Shown here in pieces: positions 49,069 through 59,656 of a stretch of DNA of 64,000 nt. Origin of the DNA: Longimicrobiales bacterium (GTDB lineage: Bacteria; Gemmatimonadota; Gemmatimonadetes; Longimicrobiales; Gaopeijiaceae). Location of the stretch: the NCBI GenBank assembly GCA_963422615.1, contig OY730414.1, positions 2,278,302 through 2,342,301 of the forward strand, in the 5' to 3' direction. Both the position numbers and the translations under genes were made by a program. The notes beneath the pieces were generated by a model. That model made no database searches, was not told the DNA's origin, and saw only the letters and a program-made list of their open reading frames with translations. Position 1 is the stretch's first letter. Each line of letters begins with the position of its first letter.

Positions 49069-51615
49069 TCAATTGGTGGTTTGGTTATAGAGGATCAAGA
49101 GCGTGGCGATTGTGGAGGACAGCGTAAACATGGTTTGTAAGGCATCAGCCCAAGAGGTGCTTTCCGATTCGATCTTCTCAGGAACGTAAACCAAGCTCCC
49201 TGGTCGAACCGAAGGGTGCCGCTCAAACAGCCAAAGTACACTTGACGTGGTTCTTCGGCTTCCGTTGGAATAACGAACGCTGATTCGACCCACATCGGCT
49301 AGTTCGGTTGGCCCTCCCGCCTCGGAGAGAGCCGACTCGACCGTTAGTCCGGATCTGAAAACAACCCGACTCGGAAAGTTAACCGCGCCTGTTACGGTCA
49401 CCGTGTTGTCCAGACGGGGAACCTCTATGGAATCGCCGTGAACAAGAAGGGGATCCTGAATAAATTCAAGAAGACCCTGTGCGGTCCGACGTATCGAATT
49501 CGACCCTTCATCCTCGCCGCCGATTCCGACAAAAACCCCCTCCCGAATGAACCGAAAGCCGTCAATATCAGCATCCTGGGTGACACCTCCTGCTCGATCA
49601 ATCAGGTCGGAGATCCGATCCTGTCCCTCAACAATGGCGTAGGAACCAGGGAAAACGATCTCTCCGTAAACTTCCACACGCCTAGAAGTTTCATAGCCAG
49701 GCAATGACCGAACATATACTTCATCGCCTGCAGTGAGCGGGAGGTCCAAATCGAAAACCGCATCCGCATCTACCAAGCCCGAGTCAGGTGAAGAACCGAA
49801 AGTGAAGTCGCTCAGTTCGGCGGGCAACCTGACCTTCCGTGTCAAGAAAATCTGCTCACCGGCTTGGAAGTCTCGCACGACCACATCAATCACACTGGGT
49901 TGCGCACCTTGCACGAACCCTCCTGCGTGGAGGATCAAATCCCTAGCCGCCATGCCATCAACCAAGGGATAGTACCCCGGGTTCTCCACGAGTCCGAAAA
50001 CGGGTATGGAATCCTGCACGGTCAGAGGATCCCACTCCCTCAATGTGGATATGGAATCTCCCAAGGAACGCCGTTGTGCCACGTATGTATGGCTGAATAC
50101 CTCCACGATGTCGTGCTCCGCCAAAACAGGCCCTTCGGGATCTTCGACCAAGTCGGAGTAGATGGCGGATCGCCGATTCGTCATCTGGTTCAGGCGGGCA
50201 ATCGAGACGGAGGTGGAAATTGCGTCTGGCACCAAGCCGCCCGCTCGCCGGACCAGATCTCCCAGTGTCATTCCGGTTTCAAACTCATATCGCCCGGGAC
50301 GCCAAACTCCGTGTAGAACAACTACGCTCCCGCGGATTCGGTCATTGACGGCAAAGACCTCAAGTTCGTCACCGGCAGCAAGTTCAAAGGATTCCTCTCT
50401 ACTCAGCACGGCCCCAAGAGGCACGTCAAGCACAATGCGGTCTACGCCACCGAAGGGCCGCTGGGCAGAAGGCAGGATCCGGTTCAGCTGGGCTCTTTCC
50501 GTGCTTGCGTTGGGCAGAAGCCCACCTGCAAAATCAACCAGGTCGGCAAGATCCTCAGCCTCCCGAACTTCGAAGACAGCGGGACGCCTGACATTACCCG
50601 AAACCGTCACTTGGGGACCCACCGTTGGAACGAAGACCACATCCCCGGCGTTCAGACGGAGATCCTGGGAGACCTGACCCGAGGTGAGATACGGGTACAG
50701 ATCAATCTCAACCGGATCTTCGCCCCGGCGACGAAGAAGAACTTGACGGTAGCTTCCATCATCCGTCGGCCCGCCTGCGAAGTAGAGGGCTTCCAGGAGG
50801 GTTCCCACCGAGCTGATTTGGTAGGAACCAGGACGAAGCACCTCCCCAAGGACCCTCACATGGTTGGTCCGTAGGCGGCCGATAGACACATTGAAGTAGG
50901 TTGTACTGGGTTCTCCCGTAATCCCGCTGTACACCGCCCCCAAGCGGCCATTGAGGCGATTCCGAAGCTCCTGGAGCGTGATACCATGCACCGGTACTTC
51001 GCCCACCGCGGGAATCACGATATAGCCTTCCCGGGTAACGTTCAAAGTGTGGATCAACTCGACATCACCCGTGATGATGAGTTGAAGTTCGTCGCCGGGC
51101 GCAAGCAGGTAGTCCTCTCCTACGGGCCCCGCGAGAACAGGGTCGAAAGCAGACGATGTATACTTGAAAACCCGACTCCCGAAAACCTGAAGCGCCGAGG
51201 AATCGGAATCGAGCGGGAATTCATCCTCAATCGGCTCTCGCGCCCACATCAGGCTGTCGCTCCAGGAGGGATCCTCAGGTTCCAAAGGTAAACCGATTCT
51301 GCGAAACGCTTCCAAAAGCTGCTCACCCACCTGAACTTCAGTTGTCCCGAAGGGAACCCCTGTTTCGATGGCATCGAAGTACGGATCTGCCATATCTGGA
51401 GAGTATCCGGCACGGACAAGCCGACGCTGGACATCCTCCCTTGTCAGCCCCATTTCTCTTATGCGCTCGAGAATCATCCGATTACGAGATGTCTGGGGAA
51501 ACTGCACGCTCTCCTGAGAGAATGCCGACGCGGGCATCGGGAAAAAAGATGCTGTAACAAGAAGGAAGCAGCTAAGCCGAAGTATCAATGGATAGCTCTT
51601 GAGAGTCGAAGTCAT
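49069..51615 (-). CDS. Polysaccharide export protein with multiple SLBB domains (Wza/KpsD-like)
   Basis: Signal peptide, YLLAPGDEL, repeated GxVxxPGxY..AGG SLBB units, C-terminal hydrophobic helix. Confidence 0.9.
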   Translation of the reverse strand: MTSTLKSYPLILRLSCFLLVTASFFPMPASAFSQESVQFPQTSRNRMILERIREMGLTREDVQRRLVRAGYSPDMADPYFDAIETGVPFGTTEVQVGEQLLEAFRRIGLPLEPEDPSWSDSLMWAREPIEDEFPLDSDSSALQVFGSRVFKYTSSAFDPVLAGPVGEDYLLAPGDELQLIITGDVELIHTLNVTREGYIVIPAVGEVPVHGITLQELRNRLNGRLGAVYSGITGEPSTTYFNVSIGRLRTNHVRVLGEVLRPGSYQISSVGTLLEALYFAGGPTDDGSYRQVLLRRRGEDPVEIDLYPYLTSGQVSQDLRLNAGDVVFVPTVGPQVTVSGNVRRPAVFEVREAEDLADLVDFAGGLLPNASTERAQLNRILPSAQRPFGGVDRIVLDVPLGAVLSREESFELAAGDELEVFAVNDRIRGSVVVLHGVWRPGRYEFETGMTLGDLVRRAGGLVPDAISTSVSIARLNQMTNRRSAIYSDLVEDPEGPVLAEHDIVEVFSHTYVAQRRSLGDSISTLREWDPLTVQDSIPVFGLVENPGYYPLVDGMAARDLILHAGGFVQGAQPSVIDVVVRDFQAGEQIFLTRKVRLPAELSDFTFGSSPDSGLVDADAVFDLDLPLTAGDEVYVRSLPGYETSRRVEVYGEIVFPGSYAIVEGQDRISDLIDRAGGVTQDADIDGFRFIREGVFVGIGGEDEGSNSIRRTAQGLLEFIQDPLLVHGDSIEVPRLDNTVTVTGAVNFPSRVVFRSGLTVESALSEAGGPTELADVGRISVRYSNGSRRTTSSVLWLFERHPSVRPGSLVYVPEKIESESTSWADALQTMFTLSSTIATLLILYNQTTN

Positions 51616-51681
51616 GGCCTATAGGGGCTATTGCGGAGCGAATGAATAGGGTGGGCGAACGGGACGGGCCGGACTCCCGCC

Positions 51682-52770
51682 TTATCCAGGCGAGGGCGAG
51701 CTCCGATGGCCCGGCTTTGCGGACGAAGCCGCCCGGCGAAAGGGAAACGAAGCCGCGAAATCGGACCAGGCCTCCTGGAAGGCGTTGGCGCCGGGGTCGG
51801 GGTCACGCTTGGAACGCTGAAGGGCGTCCTTCGCGAAGGCGTAGACGATCCCCATTGTGCAACCCAAAAATAGACCAATGGCTATCCGAATCAACAACCT
51901 CAGAGAGTCGGGCCGGCGAGGAAGAAACGGACTTTGGACGATGTTGATGATCGGAGTGTCCCGAACTTCAAGGATCTGAGCCTGCTCAAAGGAATTCTTC
52001 AGGGTAGCGTAGACGGACCGGTGCAAGGCCACCTCCTCCTGAAGGCGATCATGGTGGAAACGCAAGGAGGAATACTCTCCGAAGAGGCGGTTTCCCGCGA
52101 GAAAGTTTTGCAAAGAATCCTCCCATGCCTGCATTTCTCCAAGCGCCAAATTCACACGCTCTTCAACGAAGATCCTCTCCAATCGGGCTTGGGATTGCCG
52201 AACCTCAACGTTATAGCGCTTGACCTCTTCCAGAAGTTTTTCGGCGATGGCCCGGGACACCTCCCGCCACGGCGTCTTGACGGTGATGGTCACCGCGTTG
52301 GCCCTCAAGTACAATTCGAGTCCAACCGCCTCGTCCAGCCATCTCATGGTCTCGTCCAACGTGAGCTCCGGAGTCTTTTCGTTGATCTCCAGGAGGTCGG
52401 AGAGGCTGGCCGCTCCCTGGCCCGGCACAAAGTACGAAGCGGACGCAGTCTGCTTGAGTACTTCGTCCGATGTCAACACAGTGAGAAAGAAATCGGGAGA
52501 TTCCGCCCCCCCGCCTCCCGCGGCCAGGTCGATGCCCAACCGGCCAGCCAAAGATCGGGCATCGGAGAATAGACCCAACGTCGAACTACTCGCCTGCGGC
52601 CTGAAGGTAGCGGAGGACGTGTAGGTACGAGGACCGATGAATGCCGTTCCCAAACACAACCCCGTCACTACACCGGCGGTTACCAGGATCCGTCGTCGGG
52701 AGCGGATCAGAATGGCAAGCTTACCCAAGTGAAGCTGCTCACCTTCTTCATGGAAGCGCTGCGTGCTCAC
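51682..52770 (-). CDS. Polysaccharide co-polymerase / chain length determinant (Wzz-like)
   Basis: TM - periplasmic coiled coil - Pro-rich motif (PFLPRRP) - TM. GTG start with AAGGAG SD; the ORF extends to 52842. Confidence 0.82.
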   Translation of the reverse strand: MSTQRFHEEGEQLHLGKLAILIRSRRRILVTAGVVTGLCLGTAFIGPRTYTSSATFRPQASSSTLGLFSDARSLAGRLGIDLAAGGGGAESPDFFLTVLTSDEVLKQTASASYFVPGQGAASLSDLLEINEKTPELTLDETMRWLDEAVGLELYLRANAVTITVKTPWREVSRAIAEKLLEEVKRYNVEVRQSQARLERIFVEERVNLALGEMQAWEDSLQNFLAGNRLFGEYSSLRFHHDRLQEEVALHRSVYATLKNSFEQAQILEVRDTPIINIVQSPFLPRRPDSLRLLIRIAIGLFLGCTMGIVYAFAKDALQRSKRDPDPGANAFQEAWSDFAASFPFRRAASSAKPGHRSSPSPG

Positions 52771-53128
52771 TGCCGATTTGCTCCTTAAGGATCGGAGTGT
52801 CGGGGATCTGCCTTCCCCAAAGCTTACCTGACCGAAGGTCAAGGTAACGAAACGCGGGCATCAATGTCCACTGCCCCATGCGACCGCCGGCGACACCCGG
52901 GTGGAGGCTTGGCCCGTCGGTGGCCCGTCGCCGGGGCCGCGCCCGATACTCCCGCCGCCCGATACCCCTTTTTTTCCTGCCGTGTTTCCGTCCCGTACCG
53001 GGTCTGAAACCAATTCCGCTAGGATCCGGTCTGGACGGGGACTCCCCTTTCTTCGTAACTTGTGGGCAGCATTGATGTGCTGGAGGGGTCGATCGGCGGC
53101 GCAAAAAAATGAATAAGGAGCTTGATGG

Positions 53129-53572
53129 ATGACCGAACAGGGCGGTGGTACGCGGATCAGAGTCACCCTGCGCTGGCTGCAGATTCTTGACGACCTGGAA
53201 CCTTTTTTCAAGACCAAAGGGGAGTTCGTCTTTTGGTCCAAGGTTTGGACGGATGACCACGGCGGAACGATTCGGGAGACCCGCATGCCCAGAGAGGGGC
53301 ACTACCCAATCTCCGACCATCCGCGCTGGAACCGGCTCAATAACCTGGACAAGGTGCTCTTTGAAGGGACCGTGACCGCCCACTTGATGATCGAACTTCG
53401 GGGCGAGGAAATCGACCAGCTATCCGGCAACGACCCGCTGGAGTTCTACCGTCGGGAGTTCGTCGGCGCCATTGAACAGTACTGCGGGGTGATTCAGCCG
53501 GGAGACGAGGGTTCCGACGACCCGGAGAACATGACCAATTGGCGAGTTGGCTACGAAATCGAAGCCATCTAG
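53129..53572 (+). CDS. Hypothetical protein
   Basis: 147-aa ORF with AAGGAG SD and a globular, acidic composition. Confidence 0.7.
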   Translation: MTEQGGGTRIRVTLRWLQILDDLEPFFKTKGEFVFWSKVWTDDHGGTIRETRMPREGHYPISDHPRWNRLNNLDKVLFEGTVTAHLMIELRGEEIDQLSGNDPLEFYRREFVGAIEQYCGVIQPGDEGSDDPENMTNWRVGYEIEAI

Positions 53573-53756
53573 CTCCTCCGGGGCCGGGCACCCGACTTTC
53601 GGCGGGGCCCGTCTCCCCTACGCGGACCGGGTCCGGGGGGCTTCCTCGGGCGCGCGAGATTTGAGCTTGGGGTCCGGTCGGATCCGCGGGAAGTCGGCGC
53701 GGTCCAACGGGTCGGCACTGCCCGAATGCCCTAATGGGGGACCCTGACAAAGCGGT

Positions 53757-54173
53757 TCAGGACAGCGAAGCAGCAATCCGGCGGATCTTTTCAACCATTG
53801 AGTAGAATCCGTTTCGCCGGTTCGGGCTCAGGGCTTCTCCCAGTCTCAGGCGGTCAAAAACGTCCCAGAGGTCCACCCTCAGCGCTTCTTCGGGGGGAAG
53901 GCCGTTGTAGATCTGGGCCAGAATCGCGAAGAGCCCCTTCACCATCACCGATTCCGAGTCTCCGACGAAGCGAAGGACCGGCGGCGGCGGGGAGCCTGGG
54001 TCCAGTCCCCCAGAGAGCCAAGCCGGGCTCATGCAGCCCCGAACCCGGTTCTCTTCCGTTTTCAGTTCAGGGGGCATCGGAGGGAGGCGCTTTCCCAGCT
54101 GTACGATGTATTGATACCGCAGGACTCGATCGGAAAGGCTGTTGAACCGCTTTTCCAGCTCCTCAATCGTCAT
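53757..54173 (-). CDS. sufE: SufE family Fe-S sulfur acceptor
   Basis: RYQYIVQLG, VRGCMS, DSES..VKGL, LSPNRRNG. Confidence 0.9.
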   Translation of the reverse strand: MTIEELEKRFNSLSDRVLRYQYIVQLGKRLPPMPPELKTEENRVRGCMSPAWLSGGLDPGSPPPPVLRFVGDSESVMVKGLFAILAQIYNGLPPEEALRVDLWDVFDRLRLGEALSPNRRNGFYSMVEKIRRIAASLS

Positions 54174-54222
54174 CTTCTGGAGACTCTCTTGCGCGAAACC
54201 AAATAAAAACCGAAAATAGGAG

Positions 54223-55277
54223 ATGCGCTTTCTCCCTCTCCGCGGCCGAGCCGTACCCTACGACCCTCCGAACCGTTACGAAACCGTACATCGGGAAATG
54301 GACCCCGCACACCAAGAGGGTCAAAATCCCCGCACCGAGTTCCTGGCCGACGCCTCAAGGTCCATCCTCTCCCGGAACCGAAGCCCGGACCTTTCCTTTG
54401 ATGCGTCGGTCAACCCCTACAGAGGCTGTGAACACGGATGCGTCTACTGTTATGCGAGGCCTACCCACGAGTTTCTGGGATTCTCCTCGGGCCTGGACTT
54501 CGAACGGAAAATCCTCGTCAAGCACCGGGCCCCGGAGCTCTTGAAGAGGGCCCTGTCGGCACCTTCCTGGCAGCCCAGGGTCATTGCCATATCGGGGGTC
54601 ACGGATGCGTACCAGCCCGCGGAACGACGCTTCCTTCTCACACGCCGGTGCTTGGAGATCCTCCGAGACTTCAGAAATCCTGTGAGCATCATTACCAAGA
54701 ACCACTTGGTGACCCGGGACCTGGACATCCTCCGCGAGATGTCTGCCTACAACTGCGTTCACGTGACAATTTCGATTACCAGCCTTAGAAACGGGCTTCA
54801 GCGCGTGATGGAACCCCGAACCTCCATTCCCGCCAAGCGGCTTGACGCTGTCCGTCGACTGTCTTCGGAGGGCATTCCCGTGGGCATAAACGTGGCCCCC
54901 GTGATCCCCGGGCTCACCGACCAGGAGATGCCCGCCATCTTGGAGGCAGGCTCGGAGGCCGGCGCCCGGTACGCCGGCTTTCTCCTCCTCCGTCTCCCTT
55001 TTCCGGAGTCGCCGACCCCTTCCGGAACTGGCTCGAAGTCCACTTCCCCGATAGAAAGGACAGAGTCCTGGGTCGAATCCGGGAGGCCAGGAGAGGGAAA
55101 CTGGACGATCCGTCCTTTCATCGACGCTTCCGGGGAGAAGGTCAATACGCGGAACAGCTGGCCGCCCTGTTCCGGGTTACAGCCCGGCGATTCGGCCTGG
55201 ACCGCCCACCGCCGCACCTCTCCGCCGCCGGTTTTCGCAGGGACGGGGGGGAGCAGTCCGAGCTGTTCGCACGCTAG
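54223..55277 (+). pseudogene. PA0069/SplB-like radical SAM protein with a frameshift near 55000 (real or sequencing error)
   Basis: NPYRGCEHGCVYCYAR. Homolog-like sequence continues in another frame from 55005 (GVADPFRNWL...EQSELFAR*). Confidence 0.8.
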
Positions 55278-55286
55278 GGCCAGCCG

Positions 55287-55763
55287 CTACCGAACCTCCA
55301 TGCGGCTGAGCATGTAGGCATAGGAAGCAACCGCCGCGACTTGGTCGTCCGTCAGGGGCATACCGGCCCGGGGCAACATGGCGCCGGGATGTTCCAGGGG
55401 CTGGACAACGCCCGTGTTCACCAGCTCGATGATCGAAAGGTATTCCCCGTCCACATTGAGCCAGACGTCGTCCGTCAAATCGGGCGCCAAGGGTCCCCCA
55501 CCACCCCCCTGGGTATGGCACGTGTAGCAGATCCCGGGTCCGTTGAAGATCTCCCGCCCCTCCTGGACCATGGCTTCCGTCACCCCTTCGGGAAGCAGGG
55601 CCGGGTCAACCCGCATGCCCGTTTCGGCCTCAACCGCCGGAGAGTCAGCCGGAGCTTCGGCTCGGCTGTCCGGAGCGTCGGGGATGGCGTCGCCGCCACA
55701 TGCCAACAGCAAACCGAAGGCGGTTGCGGACGCCGGACCGGAAAGGGCGAACCGTCGTGTCAT
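55287..55763 (-). CDS. Monoheme c-type cytochrome lipoprotein
   Basis: Lipobox LLLAC, CYTCH, distal AMLP. Confidence 0.88.
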   Translation of the reverse strand: MTRRFALSGPASATAFGLLLACGGDAIPDAPDSRAEAPADSPAVEAETGMRVDPALLPEGVTEAMVQEGREIFNGPGICYTCHTQGGGGGPLAPDLTDDVWLNVDGEYLSIIELVNTGVVQPLEHPGAMLPRAGMPLTDDQVAAVASYAYMLSRMEVR

Positions 55764-55906
55764 CCTTAGCACTTTATCTTCATCCGTACCTGGGGTAGTC
55801 ATCCGAAACTCGGGTGGTCTCGTCTTCGCCAACAAGGAAAATCGCCTGTGGACTTCAAGCCGGTCAACCGCAGCCATCCCGACAGGAGACCCTTGCGTTG
55901 CGCGGA

Positions 55907-57304
55907 ATGAACCGCTCTGGAACCCGGATCGCCATTGTGGGCGCGGGACCGGCGGGCTTCTACGCGGTGGAGGCCCTCCTCAAGGGAGAGGATCCGGTCT
56001 CCCTGGACATCTTCAACCGCCTGCCCGCCCCCTACGGACTCGTTCGGGACGGCGTGGCCCCGGACCACGAGCCCATCAAAACGGTCACGCGGGCCTACCG
56101 GAGGCTTCTCGCCCGGACCGAGGTCAAGTACTTCGGCAACGTCGGCCTCGGGACCAACCTGGCGACCGACGACTTGCGTTCCCTGTACGACCAGATCGTG
56201 TACGCCTTCGGAGCCCAGGCCGAACGGCGACTGAACATCCCCGGAGAGGAACTTCCGGGCAGCCACGCGGCAACTCGCTTCGTCGGATGGTACAACGGCC
56301 ATCCGGACTACCGGCACGCCGACTTCAACCTTGGGACGGAGCACGTCGTGGTCGTCGGCAACGGCAACGTGGCCATCGATGTGGCCCGGATCTTGGTCCT
56401 TTCCCCGGACCGACTGGCGAAGACGGACATCGCCGACCACGCCCTGGACGCGCTCCGGAAGAGCCGGGTCCGCCAGGTCACGCTGCTGGGCCGCAGGGGA
56501 CCCGCCCAGGCCGCCTTCACCAACCCGGAGCTCCGGGAGTTCGGCAGACTGGAGGGGATTTCTCCGGTCGTGGACGGAAATGAGCTGCGCCTCGATCCGG
56601 AGAGTCAGTCCCTTGCGGATGGGAGCCGAATTCGAAGCAGAAACATGAACACTCTCTCGAGCTACGCCCGAACCCGAGCCGGGGCCGAAGACCGGGTCGT
56701 GCGATTCCGTTTCCTCGTCTCCCCCACGGAGATCCTGGGCCAGGAGGGACGGGTCGCCGCCGTCAGGGCGGAACGGAACCGTCTCGTTCCAAAGGACGGC
56801 TCCATGCGGCCCCAGGGCACCGGCAAATTCGAGACCTTCCCGTGCGGTTTGGTACTCCGCTCCGTGGGCTACCGGGTCTCCCCAGTGCACGGGGTTCCCT
56901 TCGACGAACTGCGCGGGGTCATTCCCAACGATCAAGGGCGGGTGCTCCGGGACGACGGCAAACCGGTCCCTGGCGAATACGTGGTCGGCTGGGCCAAGCG
57001 GGGACCGTCGGGAGTGATCGGGACCAACAAGGCCGACGCGGGGGAAACGGTGGCCCGGATGACGGAGGATCGGAAGGCCGGCATCGCGACAATAGCAGCC
57101 AACGGGGCAAAGCGGACCGGGGGCGGTCGGACGGTAGAAGCGATGCTCCGGAAGCGGGACGTGCGCTGGGTGGACAAGGAAGGCTGGGGCCGCATCGAGG
57201 CGCATGAAATCGCTCGGGGCACGAGGGAGGGACGGCCCCGGGTAAAGATCTGCACCGTGGAGGAGATGCTGGAGGTGGCCGGGGCGCCCCGCTTAAAGGG
57301 CTGA
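55907..57304 (+). CDS. Ferredoxin--NADP+ reductase, FprA/adrenodoxin-reductase type
   Basis: GAGPAGFY, PYGLVRDGVAPDH, GNGNVAID, GWAKRGPSGVIGTN. Confidence 0.92.
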   Translation: MNRSGTRIAIVGAGPAGFYAVEALLKGEDPVSLDIFNRLPAPYGLVRDGVAPDHEPIKTVTRAYRRLLARTEVKYFGNVGLGTNLATDDLRSLYDQIVYAFGAQAERRLNIPGEELPGSHAATRFVGWYNGHPDYRHADFNLGTEHVVVVGNGNVAIDVARILVLSPDRLAKTDIADHALDALRKSRVRQVTLLGRRGPAQAAFTNPELREFGRLEGISPVVDGNELRLDPESQSLADGSRIRSRNMNTLSSYARTRAGAEDRVVRFRFLVSPTEILGQEGRVAAVRAERNRLVPKDGSMRPQGTGKFETFPCGLVLRSVGYRVSPVHGVPFDELRGVIPNDQGRVLRDDGKPVPGEYVVGWAKRGPSGVIGTNKADAGETVARMTEDRKAGIATIAANGAKRTGGGRTVEAMLRKRDVRWVDKEGWGRIEAHEIARGTREGRPRVKICTVEEMLEVAGAPRLKG

Positions 57305-57403
57305 CAGCCGAGGGCCGGCATGGACGGCGAATCCGCTTCGCCCCCATCGTCAAACGCCGTTGTCTTTGACGCCGGGCCAAGATCCCGAGCCTCAAGGAAG
57401 ACT

Positions 57404-59656
57404 TCAGAATCCTCCCAGAAGCCGCCAAATCTGGGCGACGAGAAAGCAGACTACGAATCCCATAGCCAGGGGAAGGAGCGCGGAGAGCGTGGTCCAGCGG
57501 GCGCTTCTCGTCTCCTTGTAAATGGTGTAGAGGGTGGTAGAGCAGGGATTGTGGAGCAGGCTGAAGAGCATGAGGTTCACCCCCGTCAGCAGCGTCCATC
57601 CCCCCGCTCGGAGCAGCCCCGCCATCTCTCCCGCCGAATCTCCTTCGAACATGACTCCGGCACCGGACCCCAGTTCCGGCATACCCAGGGTCAGGACCGT
57701 AAGCATGAGTACCGTAGGGATGACAATCTCGTTGGCAGGAATTGCAATGATGTAGGCGAGAAGCACCACCCCGTTGAGGCCGACCAGGACACCCAGGGGG
57801 TTCAGCAGGCCAATTCCGTGTTCGGCCAGGGAGGCATCCCCGAACCCGATGTTGGAGATCAACCAGATGACGGCCCCTGCGGGGATGGCGAAGAGGACGG
57901 CCCGCCAAAGGATGATGAGGGTGCGGTCGATGACCGACGTGTAGAGGGTTTGGAGGATGCGGGGGGGTCGGTAGGGAGGCAGCTCCAGGGAAAAGGTGGT
58001 CGCTTCACCCTTGAGGACGGTGTTGGAAAGTCCCCAGGAGGTGAGAAACATGAAGAAGACGCCCAGAAGCGCGACAGAAACGACGGCTGCCGAGGAAACG
58101 ACGCCTGCCAGCCCAGGCGGGACGAGGGCGCCGATGAAGATCGTCGCAATGAGGATCTGGGTGGGCCACCGGCCGTTGCACAGGGAAAAGTTGTTGGTGA
58201 GGATTGCGATCAGTCTTTCCCTGGGACTGTCGATGACCCGGGTAGCCACCACTCCGGCGGCGTTGCAACCGAATCCCATGCTCATGGTGAGGGCTTGCTT
58301 GCCGTGGGCACCCACCCTGCGGAACAGGGAATCCAGGTTGAAGGCGACCCGGGGCAGGTAGCCAAAGTCTTCAAGGAGGGTGAACAGGGGGAAAAAGATC
58401 GCCATGGGCGGGAGCATGACGCTCACTACCCAAGCCGTCGCCAGGTAGACGCCGTCAAAGAGGAAGCCGCTGAGCCACCCGGGCATTCCGAGCCGGCCTC
58501 CGAAATCCAGGAGCAGAGGGTGCACGCCGTCAATGAGGAGGGACGCCAACATAGCGGAGGGAACATTGGCTCCGGCGATCGTAAGCCAGAAGACCCCCGC
58601 CAGTACCAGAAGCATGAGGGGAAATCCCGTCCAGCGGCTCGTAAGCCAGCGGTCCAGCTTCCGATCCAGGTCCGAGCCGACCTTCTTCGGGCCCCTGGCG
58701 AGGCTGGCCTGAGCGATCCGCCCGGCCGCGCCGTAGAGGTTTTCGGCCAGCGCATCCTGGAAGCCGGGCCGAAGCTTCCAACGCTGCCGAGTTGCGGCCT
58801 GGAGAATGCAGGCGCGGCCTTCGGCAACCTCCTTCCCAACCTCGGCCTTCGGGTCGTCGACCCCGGAGGCGCCCGGCCCGCTCTCTCCCTCGACGTGGCC
58901 AAGGATCCCCGAGCGCACCGCCTCCGCCACCTGTTCGTCCCCGTTGAGCAACCTGAGTGCCACCCACTCGGCGTTGGGCAGCTTCGGGAATTCTTCCGTG
59001 ATGAGAGGCTCGATGGCCCGGATCGCCTCTTCCACCTGGGACGGATAGGATTCCACGCGGTACGGACGGTTCTTCCGGGTGCCCTGAGCCACAGCCACGG
59101 AGGCGGCGAGCAGGGCTTGGATTCCTTCGCCTTGGCGCGCCACGGTAGGAATGACGGGCACACCCAGCTCCTTCTCCAGGCGTTTCGCGTCCACCGAGAT
59201 CCCGTGCCGGCGGGCCTCGTCGACCAGGTTGAGGCAAACAACGACCCGGTCCGTGACCTCCAGCACCTGGAGGACCAGGTTGAGGTTCCGCTCCAGTCGC
59301 GCGGCGTCGACGACCACGATGGTCACGTCCGGTTGCCCGAACAGGAGGAAGTCCCGGGCGACCTCCTCATCCGCGCTGGCCGCTTGTAGCGAATAGGTGC
59401 CGGGCAGGTCCACGACCTTGATTCTCCGGTCGTCGTGGAGGAACACTCCCTCGGCCCGCACGACGGTTTTGCCCGGCCAGTTTCCCGTGTGCTGGCGCAG
59501 TCCCGTCAAGGCATTGAAGACGGTCGTCTTGCCCACATTCGGATTCCCGGCGAGGGCAACCAGGGAGTCCCACCGGCTGGGGCTGAGGCCCAATCGGACC
59601 AAGTTTCCGGCTCGTTGGTGGGCACCCCGGTGGCCGGGCGGCGCGGCCCAGGTCAC
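57404..59656 (-). CDS. feoB: Ferrous iron (or manganese) transporter FeoB
   Basis: [44 protein letters not shown] overlaps the upstream stop. Confidence 0.95.
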   Translation of the reverse strand: MTWAAPPGHRGAHQRAGNLVRLGLSPSRWDSLVALAGNPNVGKTTVFNALTGLRQHTGNWPGKTVVRAEGVFLHDDRRIKVVDLPGTYSLQAASADEEVARDFLLFGQPDVTIVVVDAARLERNLNLVLQVLEVTDRVVVCLNLVDEARRHGISVDAKRLEKELGVPVIPTVARQGEGIQALLAASVAVAQGTRKNRPYRVESYPSQVEEAIRAIEPLITEEFPKLPNAEWVALRLLNGDEQVAEAVRSGILGHVEGESGPGASGVDDPKAEVGKEVAEGRACILQAATRQRWKLRPGFQDALAENLYGAAGRIAQASLARGPKKVGSDLDRKLDRWLTSRWTGFPLMLLVLAGVFWLTIAGANVPSAMLASLLIDGVHPLLLDFGGRLGMPGWLSGFLFDGVYLATAWVVSVMLPPMAIFFPLFTLLEDFGYLPRVAFNLDSLFRRVGAHGKQALTMSMGFGCNAAGVVATRVIDSPRERLIAILTNNFSLCNGRWPTQILIATIFIGALVPPGLAGVVSSAAVVSVALLGVFFMFLTSWGLSNTVLKGEATTFSLELPPYRPPRILQTLYTSVIDRTLIILWRAVLFAIPAGAVIWLISNIGFGDASLAEHGIGLLNPLGVLVGLNGVVLLAYIIAIPANEIVIPTVLMLTVLTLGMPELGSGAGVMFEGDSAGEMAGLLRAGGWTLLTGVNLMLFSLLHNPCSTTLYTIYKETRSARWTTLSALLPLAMGFVVCFLVAQIWRLLGGF

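Noticed and set aside
57320..59389. 689-aa plus-strand ORF
   Set aside because: Antisense shadow of feoB.
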